From: Eledone cirrhosa
Taxonomy: Eukaryota
NCBI GenBank assembly: GCA_964016885.1
Contig: OZ024744.1
Coordinates: 118,110,001-118,174,000, forward strand
Length of the DNA: 64,000 nucleotides
Direction of reading: 5' to 3'
Position numbers and translations under genes: made by a program. The notes under the pieces were generated by a model, which was not told the origin of the DNA, did not search any database, and saw only the letters and a list, made by a program, of their open reading frames with translations. Shown here piece by piece: positions 15,001 through 29,399 of this stretch (position 1 is its first letter; each line of letters opens with the position of its first letter).

Positions 15001-17850
15001 GTGAAGGGTAGATTGTATGATGTCTGTGTATGTTACATGGTAGAGAGACATGGGTAGTTAATGTAGAGGATGTGTGAAGGGTAGATTGTATGATGTCTGT
15101 GTTACATGGTAGTGAGACATGGGTAGTTAATGTAGAGGATGTGTGAAGGGTAGATTGTATGATGTCTGTGTATGTTACATGGTAGTGAGACATGGGTAGT
15201 TAATGTAGAGGATGTGTGAAAGGTAGATTGTATGATATCTGTGTATATTACATGGTAGTGAGACATGGGTATTGAATGTAGAGGATGTGTGAAGGGTAGA
15301 TTGTATGATGTTTGTGTTACAAGGTAGTGAGACATGGTTAATGAATGTAGAGAACGTGTGAAGGGTAGATTGTACGATGTCTGTGTATGTTACATGGTAG
15401 TGTGAAATGGGTATTGAATGTAGAGGATGTGTGAAGGGTAGATTATGTGATGTCTGTGTTACAAGGTAGTAAGACATGGGTAGTTAATGTAGAGGATATG
15501 TGAAGGATAGATTGTATGATGTCTGTGTATGTTACATGGTAGAGAGACATGGGTAGTTAATGTAGAGGATGTGTGAAGGGTAGATTGTATGATGTCTGTG
15601 TATGTTACATGGTACAGAGAGATGGGTAGTTAATGTAGTGGATGTGTGAAGGGTAGATTGTATGATGTCTATGTTACATTGTAGTGAGACATGGGTAGTT
15701 AATGTAGTGGATGTGTGAATGGTAGATTGTATGATGTCTGTGTATGTTACATGGTAGTGAGCCATGGGTAGTTAATGTAGAGGATGTGTGAAGGGTAGAT
15801 TGTATGATGTATGTGTTACATGGTAGTGAGACATGGGTATTGAAAGTAGAGGATGTGTGAAGGGTAGATTGTATGATATCTCTGTATGTTACATGGTAGA
15901 GAGACATGGGTAGTTAATGTAGAGGATGTGTGAATGGTAGCTTGTATGATGTCTGTGTTACATGGTAGTGAGACATGGGTAGCTAATATAGAGGATATGT
16001 GAAGGGTAGATTGTATGATGTCTGTGTTACAAGGTAGTGAGACATGGATATTGAATGTAGAGGATGTGTGAAGGGTAGATTGTATGATCTCTGTGTTACA
16101 ATGTAGTGAGACATGGATATTGAATGTAGAGGATGTGTGAATGGTAGATTGTATGATGTCTGTGTATGTTACATGGTAGTGAGACATGGGTAGTTAATGT
16201 AGAGGATGTGTGAAATGTAGATTTGATGATGTCTATGTATGTTCCATGGTAGTGAGACATGGGTAATTAATGTAGAGGATGTGTGAAGGGTAGATTGTAT
16301 GATGTCTGTGTATGTTACATGGTAGTGAGACATGGGTATTGAATGTAGAGGATGTGTGAAGATAGATTGTATGATGTCTGTGTATGTTACATGGTAGAGA
16401 GACATGGGTAGTTAATGTAGAGGATGTGTGAAGGGTAGATTGTATGATGTATGTGTTACGTGGTAGTGAGACATGGGTATTGAATGTAGAGGATGTGTGA
16501 AGGGTAGATTGTATGATGTCTCTGTATGTTACATGGTAGAGAGACATGGGTAGTTAATGTAGAGGATGTGTGAAGGGTAGATTGTATGATGTCTGTGTTA
16601 CAAGGTAGTGAGACATGGGTAGGTAATGTAGAGGATGTGTGAAGGGTAGATTGTATGATGTCTCTGTATGTTACATGGTAGAGAGACATGGGTAGTTAAT
16701 GTAGAGGATGTGTAAAGGGTAGATTGCATGATGTCTGTGTTACAAGGTAGTAAGACATGGATATTGAATGTAGAGGATGTGTGAAGGGTAGATTGTATGA
16801 TGTCTATGTTACATGGTAGTGAGACATGGGTAGTTAATGTACAGGATGTGTGAAAGGTAGATTGTATGATGTCTGTGTATGTTACATGGTAGAGAGACAT
16901 GGGTAGTTAATGTAGAGGATGTGTGAAGGGTAGATTGTATGAAGTCTATGTATGTTACATGGTAGAGAGACATGGGTAGTTAATGTAGAGGATGTGTGAA
17001 GGGTAGATTGTATGATGTCTGTGTATGTTACATGGTAGAGAGACATGGGTAGTTAATGTAGAGGATGTGTGAAGGGTAGATTGTATGATGTCTGTGTTAC
17101 ATGGTAGTGAGACATGGGTAGTTAATGTAGAGGATGTGTGAAGGGTAGATTGTATGATGTCTGTGTATGTTACATGGTAGTGAGACATGGGTACTTAATG
17201 TAGAGGATGTGTGAAGGGTAGATTGTATGATGTCTGTGTATATTACATGGTAGTGAGACATGAGTATTGAATGTAGAGGATGTGTGAAGGGTAGATTGTA
17301 TGATGTCTGTGTTGCAAGGTAGTGAGACATGGTTAATGAATGTAGAGAACGTGTGAAGGGTAGATCGTACGAAGTCTGTGTATGTTACATGGTAGTGTGA
17401 AATGGGTATTGAATGTAGAGGATGTGTGAAGGGTAGATTATGTGATGTCTGTGTTACAAGGTAGTGAGACATGGGTAGTTAATGTAGAGGATATGTGAAG
17501 GGTCGATTGTATGATGTCTGTGTATGTTACATGGTAGTGAGACATGGGTAGTTAATGTAGAGGATGTGTGAAAGGTAGATTGTATGATATCTGTGTATAT
17601 TACATGGTAGTGAGACATGGGTAGTTAATGTAGAGGATGTGTGAAGGGTAGATTGTATGATGTCTGTGTTACAAGGTAGTGAGACATGGTTAATGAATGT
17701 AGAGAACGTGTGAATGGTAGATTGTATGATGTCTGTGTATGTTACATGGTAGAGAGACATGGGTAGTTAATGTAGAGGATGTGTGAAGGGTAGATTGTAT
17801 GATGTCTATGTTACATGGTAGTGAGACATGGGTATTGAATGTACAGGATG
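1..17850 (+). repeat. Left sub-domain: mosaic of short, reshuffled multi-monomer blocks
   Basis: Recurrent diagnostic variants: GAAGATAGAT (72-bp monomer; e.g. ~530, 750, 5012, 7940, 16360), GTTCCATGG, TTGAAAGTAG and GGTTAATGAATGTAGAGAACG. Identical or near-identical pseudo-ORFs recur at irregular offsets of 1223 (126/1349), 1904 (1349/3253), 782 (4753/5535), 2214 (5040/7254), 7216 (5535/12751) and 8631 (8324/16955). The boundary is approximate. Confidence 0.75.
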
Positions 17851-17859
17851 TGTGAAGGG

Positions 17860-20800
17860 TAGATAGTATGATGTCTGTGTATGTTACATGGTAGTGTGAC
17901 ATGGGTAATTAATGTAGAGGATGTGTGAAGGGTAGATTGTATGATGTCTATGTATGTTACATGGTAGTGAGAAATGGGTAGTTAATGTAGAGGATGTGTG
18001 AAGGGTAGATTGTATGATGTCTGTGTATGTTACATGATAGAGAGAAATGGGTAGTTAATGTAGAGGATGTGTGAAGGGTAGATTGTATGATGTCTGTGTA
18101 TGTTACATGGTAGTGAGACATGGGTAGTTAATGTAGAGGATGTTTGAAGGGTAGATTGTATGATGTCTGTGTTACATGGTAGTGAGACATGGGTATTGAA
18201 AGTAGAGGATGTGTGAAGGGTAGATTGTATGATATCTGTGTATGTTACATGGTAGAGAGACATGGGTAGTTAATGTAGAGGATGTGTGAAGGGTAGATTG
18301 TATGATGTCTGTGTATGTTACATGGTAGAGAGACATGGGTAGTTAATGTAGAGGATGTGTGAATGGTATATTGTATGATGTCTATGTTACATGGTAGTGA
18401 TACATGGGTAGTTAATGTAGAGGATGTTTGAAGGGTAGATTGTATGATGTCTGTGTTACATGGTAGTGAGACATGGGTATTGAAAGTAGAGGATGTGTGA
18501 AGGGTAGATTGTATGATATCTGTGTATGTTACATGGTAGAGAGACATGGGTAGTTAATGTAGAGGATGTGTGAATGGTAGATTGTATGATATCTGTGTAT
18601 GTTACATGGTAGAGAGACATGGGTAGTTAATATAGAGGATGTGTGAAGGGTAGATTGTATGATGTCTGTGTTACAAGGTAGTGAGACATGGATATTGAAT
18701 GTAGAGGATGTGTGAAGGGTAGATTGTATGATGTCTGTGTTACAAGGTAGTGAGACATGGATATTGAATGTAGAGGATGTGTGAATGGTAGATTGTATGA
18801 TGTCTGTGTATGTTACATGGTAGTGAGACATGGGTAGTTAATGTAGAGGATGTGTGAATGGTAGATTGTATGATATCTGTGTATGTTACATGGTAGTGAG
18901 ACATGGGTATTGAATATAGAGGATGTGTGAAAGGTAGATTTGATGATGTCTATGTATGTTCCATGGTAGTGAGACATGGGTAATTAATGTAGAGGATGTG
19001 TGAAGGGTAGATTGTATGATGTCTGTGTTACATGGTAGTGAGACATGTGTAGTTAATGTACAGGATGTGTGAAGGGTAGATTGTATGATGTCTCTGTATG
19101 TTACATGGTAGAGAGACACGGGTAGTTAATGGAGAGGATGTGTGAAGGGTAGATTGTACGATGTCTGTGTTACATGGTAGTGAGACATGGGTAGTTAATG
19201 TAGAGGATGTGTGAAGGGTAGATTGTATGATGTCTGTGTTACAAGGTAGTGAGACATGGATATTGAATGTAGAGGATGTGTGAAGGGTAGATTGTATGAT
19301 GTTTGTGTATGTTACATGGTAGAGACACATGGGTAGTTAATGTAGAGGATGTGTGAAGGGTAGATTGTATGATGTCTGTGTGTGTTACATGGTAGTGAGA
19401 CATGGGTATTGAATGTAGAGGATGTGTCAAGGGTAGATTGTATGAAGTCTATGTATGTTACATGGTAGAGAGACATGGGTATTGAATGTAGAGGATGTGT
19501 GAAGGGTAGATTGTATGAAGTCTATGTATGTTACATGGTAGTGAGACATGGGTATTGAATGTAGAGGATGTGTGAAGGGTAGATTGTATGAAGTCTATGT
19601 ATGTTACATGGTAGAGAGACATGGGTATTGAACGTAGAGGATGTGTGAAGGGTAGATTGTATGATGTCTGTGTTACATGGTAGTGAGACATGGGTATTGA
19701 ATGTAGAGGATGTGTGAAGGGCAGATTGTATGATGTCTGTGTATGTTACATGGTAGTGGGACATGGGTAGTTAATGTAGAGGATGTGTGAAGGGTAGATT
19801 GTATGATGTCTGTGTTTGCTACATAGTAGTGAGACATGGGTAGTTAATGTAGAGGATGTGTGAAGGGTAGATTGTATGATGTCTGTGTATGTTACAAGGT
19901 AGGGAGACATGGGTAGTTAATGTAGAGGATGTGTGAAGGGTAGATTGTATGATGTCTATGTTACATGGTAGTGAGACATGGGTAGTTAATAAAGAGGATG
20001 TGTGAAGGGTAGATTGTATGATGTCTGTGTATGTTACATGGTAGTGAGACATGGGTAATTAATGTAGAGGATGTGTGAAGGGTAGATTGTATGATGTCTG
20101 TGTTACATGGTAGTGAGACATGGGTAGTTAATGTAGAGGATGTGTGAAGGGTAGATTGTATGATGTATGTATTACATGGTAGTGAGACATGGGTAGTTAA
20201 TGTAGAGGATGTGTGAAGGGTAGATTGTATGATGTCTGTGTATATTACATGGTTGTGAGACATGGGTAGTTAATATAGAGGATGTGTGAAGGGTAGATTG
20301 TATGATGTATGTATTACATGGTAGTGAGACATGGGTAGTTAATGTAGAGGATGTTTGAAGGGTAGATTGTATGATGTCCGTGAATGTTACATGGTAGTGA
20401 GACATGGGTAGTTAATGTAGAGGATGTGTGAAGGGTAGATTGTATGATGTCTGTGCATATTACATGGTAGTGAGACATGGATAGTTAATGTAGAGGATAT
20501 GTGAAGGGTAGATTGTATGATGTCTGTGTTACATGGTAGTGAGACATGGGTAGTTAATGTAGAGGATGTGTGAAGGGTAGATTGTATGAAGTCTATGTAT
20601 GTTACATGGTAGAGAGACATGGGTAGTTAATGTAGAGGATATGTGAAGGGTAGATTGTATGATGTCTGTGTTACATGGTAGTGAGACATGGGTATTGAAT
20701 GTAGAGGATGTGTGGAGGCTAGATTGTATGATGTCTGTGTACGTTACATGGGAGTGAGACATGGGTATTGAATGTAGAGGATGTGTGAAGGCTAGATTGT

Positions 20801-23710
20801 ATGAGGTCTGTGTATGTTACATGGTAGAGAGACATGGGTAGTTAATGGAGAGGATGTGTGAAGGGTAGATTGTATGATGTCTGTGTTACAAGGTAGTGAG
20901 ACGTGGGTATTGAATGTAGAGGATGTCTGAAGGGTAGATAGTATGATGTCTGTGTATGTTACATGGTAGTGTGACATGGGTAATTAATGTAGAGGATGTG
21001 TGAAGGGTAGATTGTATGATGTCTATGTATGTTACATGGTAGTGAGACATGGGTAGTTAATGTAGAGGATGTGTGAAGGGTAGATTGTATGATGTCTGTG
21101 TATGTTACATGATAGAGAGAAATGGATAGTTAATGTAGAGGATGTGTGAAGGGTAGATTGTATGATGTCTGTGTATGTTACATGGTAGTGAGACATGGGT
21201 AGTTAATGTAGAGGATGTTTGAAGGGTAGATTGTATGATGTCTGTGTTACATGGTAGTGAGACATGGGTATTGAAAGTAGAGGATGTGTGAAGGGTAGAT
21301 TGTATGATATCTGTGTATGTTACATGGTAGAGAGACATGGGTAGTTAATGTAGAGGATGTGTGAAGGGTAGATTGTATGATGTCTGTGTATGTTACATGG
21401 TAGAGAGACATGGGTAGTTAATGTAGAGGATGTGTGAATGGTATATTGTATGATGTCTATGTTACATGGTAGTGATACATGGGTAGTTAATGTAGAGGAT
21501 GTTTGAAGGGTACATTGTATGATGTCTGTGTTACATGGTAGTGAGACATGGGTATTGAAAGTAGAGGATGTGTGAAGGGTAGATTGTATGATATCTGTGT
21601 ATGTTACATGGTAGAGAGACATGGGTAGTTAATGTAGAGGATGTGTGAATGGTAGATTGTATGATATCTGTGTATGTTACATGGTAGTGAGACATGGGTA
21701 TTGAATGTAGAGGATATGTGAAAGGTAGATTTGATGATATCTATGTATGTTCCATGGTAGTGAGACATGGGTAATTAATGTAGAGGATGTGTGAAGGGTA
21801 GATTGTATGATGTCTGTGTTACATGGTAGTGAGACATGTGTAGTTAATGTACAGGATGTGTGAAGGGTAGATTGTATGATGTCTCTGTATGTTACATGGT
21901 AGAGAGACACGGGTAGTTAATGGAGAGGATGTGTGAAGGGTAGATTGTACGATGTCTGTGTTACATGGTAGTGAGACATGGGTAGTTAATGTAGAGGATG
22001 TGTGAAGGGTAGATTGTATGATGTCTGTGTTACAAGGTAGTGAGACATGGATATTGAATGTAGAGGATGTGTGAAGGGTAGATTGTATGATGTTTGTGTA
22101 TGTTACATGGTAGAGACACATGGGTAGTTAATGTAGAGGATGTGTGAAGGGTAGATTGTATGATGTCTGTGTGTGTTACATGGTAGTGAGACATGGGTAT
22201 TGAATGTAGAGGATGTGTGAAGGGTAGATTGTATGAAGTCTATGTATGTTACATGGTAGAGAGACATGGGTATTGAATGTAGAGGATGTGTGAAGGGTAG
22301 ATTGTATGAAGTCTATGTATGTTACATGGTAGTGAGACATGGGTATTGAATGTAGAGGATGTGTGAAGGGTAGATTGTATGATGTCTGTGTTACATGGTA
22401 GTGAGACATGGGTATTGAATGTAGAGGATGTGTGAAGGGCAGATTGTATGATGTCTGTGTATGTTACATGGTAGTGGGACATGGGTAGTTAATGTAGAGG
22501 ATGTGTGAAGGGTAGATTGTATGATGTCTGTGTTTGCTACATAGTAGTGAGACATGGGTAGTTAATGTAGAGGATGTGTGAAGGGTAGATTGTATGATGT
22601 CTGTGTATGTTACAAGGTAGGGAGACATGGGTAGTTAATGTAGAGGATGTGTGAAGGGTAGATTGTATGATGTCTATGTTACATGGTAGTGAGACATGGG
22701 TAGTTAATAAAGAGGATGTGTGAAGGGTAGATTGTATGATGCCTGTGTATGTTACATGGTAGTGAGACATGGGTAATTAATGTAGAGGATGTGTGAAGGG
22801 TAGATTGTATGATGTCTGTGTTACATGGTAGTGAGACATGGGTAGTTAATGTAGAAGATGTGTGAAGGGTAGATTGTACGATGTCTGTGTTACATGGTAG
22901 TGAGACATGGGTAGTTAATGTAGAGGATGTGTGAAGGGTAGATTGTTTGATGTATGTATTACATGGTAGTGAGACATGGGTAGTTAATGTAGAGGATGTG
23001 TGAAGGGTAGATTGTATGATGTCTGTGTATATTACATGGTTGTGAGACATGGGTAGTTAATATAGAGGATGTGTGAAGGGTAGATCGTATGATGTATGTA
23101 TTACATGGTAGTGAGACATAGGTAGTTAATGTAGAGGATGTTTGAAGGATGTCCGTGAATGTTACATGGTAGTGAGACATGGGTAGTTAATGTAGAGGAT
23201 GTGTGAAGGGTAGATTGTATGATGTCTGTGTATATTACATGGTAGTGAGACATGGATAGTTAATGTAGAGGATATGTGAAGGGTAGATTGTATGATGTCT
23301 GTGTTACATGGTAGTGAGACATGGGTAGTTAATGTAGAGGATGTGTGAAGGGTAGATTGTATGAAGTCTATGTATGTTACATGGTAGAGAGACATGGGTA
23401 GTTAATGTAGAGGATATGTGAAGGGTAGATTGTATGATGTCTGTGTTACATGGTAGTGAGACATGGGTATTGAATGTAGAGGATGTGTGGAGGCTAGATT
23501 GTATGATGTCTGTGTACGTTACATGGGAGTGAGACATGGGTATTGAATGTAGAGGATGTGTGAAGGCTAGATTGTATGAGGTCTGTGTATGTTACATGGT
23601 AGAGAGACATGGGTAGTTAATGGAGAGGATGTGTGAAGGGTAGATTGTATGATGTCTGTGTTACAAGGTAGTGAGACGTGGGTATTGAATGTAGAGGATG
23701 TGTGAAGGGT
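17860..23710 (+). repeat. Tandem duplication of a ~3-kb (~43-monomer) block; copy 1 ~17860-20935, copy 2 ~20936-23710
   Basis: Shared rare variants: AGATAGTATG at 17861/20936, TTTGCTACATAG at ~19815/22533, GTGGAGGCTAG at ~20712/23487 and GAGACGTGGG at ~20898/23673. The offset steps 3075, 2791, 2718, 2787, 2775, which fits changes of -4 monomers, -73, +69 and -12 bp. Confidence 0.9.
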
Positions 23711-25599
23711 AGATTGTATGATGTCTGTGTATGTTACATGGTAGTGAGACATGTGTAGTTAATATAGAGGATGTGTGAAGGGTAGATTGTATGATGTCTG
23801 TGTATGTTACATGGTAGTGAGACATGTGTAGTTAATATAGAGGATGTGTGAAGGGTAGATTGTATGATGTCTGTGTTACATGGTAGTGAGACATGGGTAG
23901 TTAATGTAGAGGATGTGTGAAGGGTAGATTGTATGATGTCTACGTATGTTACAAGGTAGTGAGACATGGATATTGAATGTAGAGGATGTGTGAAGGGTAG
24001 ATTGTGTGATGTCTGTGTTACAAGGTAGTGAGACATGTGTAGTTAATGTACAGGATGTGTGAAGGGTAGATTGTATGCTGTCTGTGTATGTCACATGGTA
24101 GTGAGACATGGGTAGTTAATGTAGAGGATGTGTGAAGGGTAGATTGTATGTTGTCTGTGTTACATGGTAGTGAGACATGTGTATTGAATGTAGAGGATGT
24201 GTGAGGGGTAGATTGTATGATGTCTGTGTATGTCACATGGTAGTGAGACATGGGTAGGTAATGTAGAGGATGTGTGAAGGGTAGATTGTATGAAGTCTAT
24301 GTATGTTACATGGTAGAGAGACATGGGTAGTTAATGTAGAGGATGTGTGAAGGGTAGATTGTATGATGTCTATGTTACATGGTAGTGAGACATGGGTAGT
24401 TAATGTAGATGATGTGTGAAGGGTAGATTGTATGATGTCTGTGTTACATGGTAGTGAGACATGGGTAGTTAATGTAGAGGATGTGTGAAGGGTAGATTGT
24501 ATGATGTCTGTGTATGTTACATGGTAGTGAGACATGGGTATTGAATGTAGAGGATATGTGAAGGGTAGATTGTATGATGTCTGTGTATGTTACATGGTAG
24601 TGAGACATGGATATTGAATGTAGAGGATGTGTGAAGGGTAGATGGTATGATGTCTGTGTTACATGGTAGTGAGACAAGGGTATTGAATGTAGAGGATGTG
24701 TGAAGGGTAGATTGTATGATGTCTGTGTATGTTACATGGTAGTGAGACATGGGTAGTTAATGTAGAGGATGTGTGAAGGGTAGATTGTATGAAGTCTATG
24801 TATGTTACATGGTAGAGAGACATGGGTAGTTAATGTAGAGGATATGTGAAGGGTAGATTGTATGATGTCTGTGTTACATGGTAGTGAGACATGGATATTG
24901 AATGTAGAGGATGTGTGAAGGGTAGATGGTATGATGTCTGTGTTACATGGTAGTGAGACAAGGGTATTGAATGTAGAGGATGTGTGAAGGGTAGATTGTA
25001 TGAAGTCTGTGTATGTTACATGGTAGAGAGACATGGGTAGTTAATGTAGAGGATGTGTGAAGGGTAGATTGTATGATGTCTGTGTATGTTACATGGTAGT
25101 TAGACATGGGTAGTTAATGTAGAGGATGTGTGAAGGGTAGATTGTATGATGTCTGTGTTACATGGTGGTGAGACATGGGTAGTTAATGTAGAGGATGTGT
25201 GAGGGGTAGATTGTATGATGTCTATGTTACATGGTAGTGAGACATGGGTAGTTAATGTAGAGGATTTGTGAATGGTATATTGTATGATGTCTGTGTATGT
25301 TAAATGGTAGAGAGACATGGGTTGTTACTGTAGAGGATGTGTGAAGGGTAGATTATATGATGTCTGTGTACGTTACATGGTAGTGAGACATGGGTATTGA
25401 ATGTAGAGGATGTGTGAAGGCTAGATTGTATGAGGTCTGTGTATGTTACATGGTAGAGAGACATGGGTAGTTAATGTAGAGGATGTGTGAAGGGTAGATT
25501 GTATGATGCCTGTGTATGTTACATGGTAGTGAGACATGGGTATTGAATGTACAGGATGTGTGAAGAGTAGATAGTATGATGTCTGTGTATGTTACATGG

Positions 25600-26180
25600 T
25601 AGAGAGACATGGGTAGTTAATGTAGAGTATGTGTGAAGGGTAGATTGTATGATGTCTATGTATGTTACATGGTAGAGAGACATGGGTAGTTAATGTAGAG
25701 GATGTTTGAAGGGTAGATTGTATGATGTCTGTGTATGTTACATGGTAGTGAGACATGGGTAGTTAATGTAGAGGATGTGTGAAGGGTAGATTGTATCATG
25801 TCTGTGTTACATAGTAGAAAGACATGGGTATTGAATGTAGAGGATGTGTGAAGGGTAGATTGTATGATGACTGTGTATGTTACAATGTAGAGGGACATGG
25901 GTAGTTAATGTAGAGTATGTGTGAAGGGTAGATTGTATGATGTCTATGTATGTTACATGGTAGAGAGACATGGGTAGTTAATGTAGAGGATGTTTGAAGG
26001 GTAGATTGTATGATGTCTGTGTATGTTACATGGTAGTGAGACATGGGTAGTTAATGTAGAGGATGTGTGAAGGGTAGATTGTATCATGTCTGTGTTACAT
26101 AGTAGAAAGACATGGGTATTGAATGTAGAGGATGTGTGAAGGGTAGATTGTATGATGACTGTGTATGTTACAATGTAGAG
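25600..26180 (+). repeat. Local 288-bp (4-monomer) tandem duplication
   Basis: Variants TAGAGTATG (25623/25911), GTATCATG, ACATAGTAGAAAGAC and ACAATGTAGAGGGAC repeat at a 288-bp offset. The pseudo-ORFs at 25665 and 25953 are identical. Confidence 0.9.
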
Positions 26181-29130
26181 GGACATGGGTAGTTAATGTA
26201 AAGGATGTGTGAAGGGTAGATTGTATAATGTCTGTGTATGTGACATGGTAGTGAGACATGTGTAGTTAATATAGAGGATGTGTGAAGGGTAGATTGTATG
26301 ATGTCTGTGTATGTTACATGGTAGTGAGACATGGGTATTGAATGTACAGGATGTGTGAAGGGTAGATTGTATGATGTCTGTGTTACATGGTAGTGAGACA
26401 TGGGTAGTTAATGTAGAGGATGTGTGAAGGGTAGATTGTATGATGTCTGCGTATGTTACAAGGTAGTGAGACATGGATATTGAATGTAGAGGATGTGTGA
26501 AGGGTAGATTGTATGATGTCTGTGTTACAAGGTAGTGAGACATATGTAGTTAATGTACAGGATGTGTGAAGGGTAGATTGTATGATGTCTGTGTATGTTA
26601 CATGGTAGTGATACATGGGTAGTTAATGTAGAGGATGTGTGAAGGGTAGATTGTATGATGTCTGTGTTACATGGTAGTGAGACATGTGTATTGAATGTAG
26701 AGGATGTGTGAAGGGTAGATTGTATGATGTCTATGTATGTTACATGGAGAGTGAGACATGGGTATTGAATGTAGAGGATGTGTGAAGGGTAGATCGTATG
26801 AGATCTGTGTATGTTACATGGTAGAGAGACACGGGTAGTTAATGGAGAGGATGTGTGAAGGGTAGATTGTACGATGTCTGTGTTACATGGTAGTGAGACA
26901 TGGGTAGTTAATGTAGAGGATGTGTGAAGGGTAGATCGTATGAGATCTGTGTATGTTACATGGTAGAGAGACACGGGTAGTTAATGGAGAGGATGTGTGA
27001 AGGGTAGATTGTACGATGTCTGTGTTACATGGTAGTGAGACATGGGTAGGTAATGTAGAGGATGTGTGAAGGGTAGATTGTATGAAGTCTATGTATGTTA
27101 CATGGTAGAGAGACATGGGTAGTTAATGTAGAGGATGTGTGAAGGGTAGATTGTATGATGTCTGTGTATGTTACATGGTAGTGAGACATGGGTAGTTAAT
27201 GTAGAGGATGTGTGAATGGTAGATTGTATGATGTCTGTGTATGTTACATGGTAGAGAGACATGGGTAGTTAATGTAGAGGATGTGTGAAGGGTAGATTGT
27301 ATGATGTCTATGTTACATGGTAGTGAGACATGGGTATTGAATGTACAGGATGTGTGAAGGGTAGATAGTATGATGTCTGTGTATGTTACATGGTAGTGTG
27401 AAATGGGTAATTAATGTAGAGTATGTGTGAAGGGTAGATTGTATGATGTCTATGTATGTTACATGGTAGAGAGACACGGGTAGTTAATGGAGAGGATGTG
27501 TGAAGGGTAGATTGTATGATGTCTGTGTTACATAGTAGAAAGACATGGGTATTGAATGTAGAGGATGTGTGAAGGGTAGATTGTATGATGTCTGTGTATG
27601 TTACATGGTAGAGAGACATGGGTAGTTAATGTAAAGGATGTGTGAAGGGTAGATTGTATGATGTCTGTGTATGTGACATGGTAGTGAGACATGGGTATTG
27701 AATGTACAGGATGTGTGAAGGGTAGATTGTATGATGTCTGCGTATGTTACAAGGTAGTGAAACATGGATATTGAATGTAGAGGATGTGTGAAGGGTAGAT
27801 TGTATGATGTCTGTGTTACAAAGTGAGACATGTGTAGTTAATGTACAGGACGTGTGAAGGGTAGATTGTATGATGTCTGTGTATGTTACATGGTAGTGAT
27901 ACATGTGTAGTTAATGTAGAGGATGTGTGAAGGGTAGATTGTATGATGTCTGTGTTACATGGTAGTGAGACATGTGTATTGAATGTAGAGGATGTGTGAA
28001 GGGTAGATTGTATGATGTCTATGTATGTTACATGGTAGTGAGACATGGGTATTGAAAGCAGAGGATGTGTGAAGGGTAGATCGTATGAGATCTGTGTATG
28101 TTACATGGTAGAGAGACACGGGTAGTTAATGGAGAGGATGTGTGAAGGGTAGATTGTACGATGTCTGTGTTACATGGTAGTGAGACATGGGTAGTTAATG
28201 TAGAGGATGTGTGAAGGGTAGATTGTATCATGTCTGTGTTACATAGTAGAAAGACATGGGTATTGAATGTAGAGGATGTGTGAAGGGTAGATTGTATGAT
28301 GACTGTGTATGTTACGATGTAGAGGGACATGGGTAGTTAATGTAGAGTATGTGTGAAGGGTAGATTGTATGACGTCTATGTATGTTACATGGTAGAGAGA
28401 CATGGGTAGTTAATGTAGAGGATGTTTGAAGGGTAGATTGTATGATGTCTGTGTATGTTACATGGTAGTGAGACATGGGTAGTTAATGTAGAGGATGTGT
28501 GAAGGGTAGATTGTATCATGTCTGTGTTACATAGTAGAAAGACATGGGTATTGAATGTAGAGGATGTGTGAAGGGTAGATTGTATGATGACTGTGTATGT
28601 TACAATTATAGAGGGACATGGGTAGTTAATGTAAAGGATGTGTGAAGGGTAGATTGTATAATGTCTGTGTATGTGACATGGTAGTGAGACATGTGTAGTT
28701 AATATAGAGGATGTGTGAAGGGTAGATTGTATGATGTCTGTGTATGTTACATGGTAGTGAGACATGGGTATTGAATGTACAGGATGTGTGAAGGGTAGAT
28801 TGTATGATGTCTGTGTTACATGGTAGTGAGACATGGGTAGTTAATGTAGAGGATGTGTGAAGGGTAGATTGTATGATGTCTGCGTATGTTACAAGGTAGT
28901 GAGACATGGATATTGAATGTAGAGGATGTGTGAAGGGTAGATTGTATGATGTCTGTGTTACAAGGTAGTGAGACATATGTAGTTAATGTACAGGATGTGT
29001 GAAGGGTAGATTGTATGATGTCTGTGTATGTTACATGGTAGTGATACATGGGTAGTTAATGTAGAGGATGTGTGAAGGGTAGATTGTATGATGTCTGTGT
29101 TACATGGTAGTGAGACATGTGTATTGAATG
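25770..29130 (+). repeat. Dispersed duplication of a ~0.9-kb block at ~2433-bp offset (~25770-26700 copied at ~28200-29130)
   Basis: Identical pseudo-ORFs at 26193/28626 and 26383/28816. Shared variants GTAAAGG, GTATAATG, ATGTGACATG, GTCTGCGT and GACATATG. A 1-bp insertion (CAATTATAG, ~28603) shifts the offset from 2432 to 2433. Confidence 0.85.
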
Positions 29131-29399
29131 TAGAGGATGTGTGAAGGGTAGATCGTATGAGATCTGTGTATGTCACATGGTAGTGTGACATGGGTAGTTA
29201 ATGTAGAGGATGTGTGAATGGTAGATCGTATGAGATCTGTGTATGTTACATGGTAGAGAGACACGGGTAGTTAATGGAGAGGATGTGTGAAGGGTAGATT
29301 GTACGATGTCTGTGTTACATGGTAGTGAGACATGGGTAGTTAATGTACAGGATGTGTGAAGGGTAGATTGTATGATGTCTGTGTTACAAGGTAGTGAGA

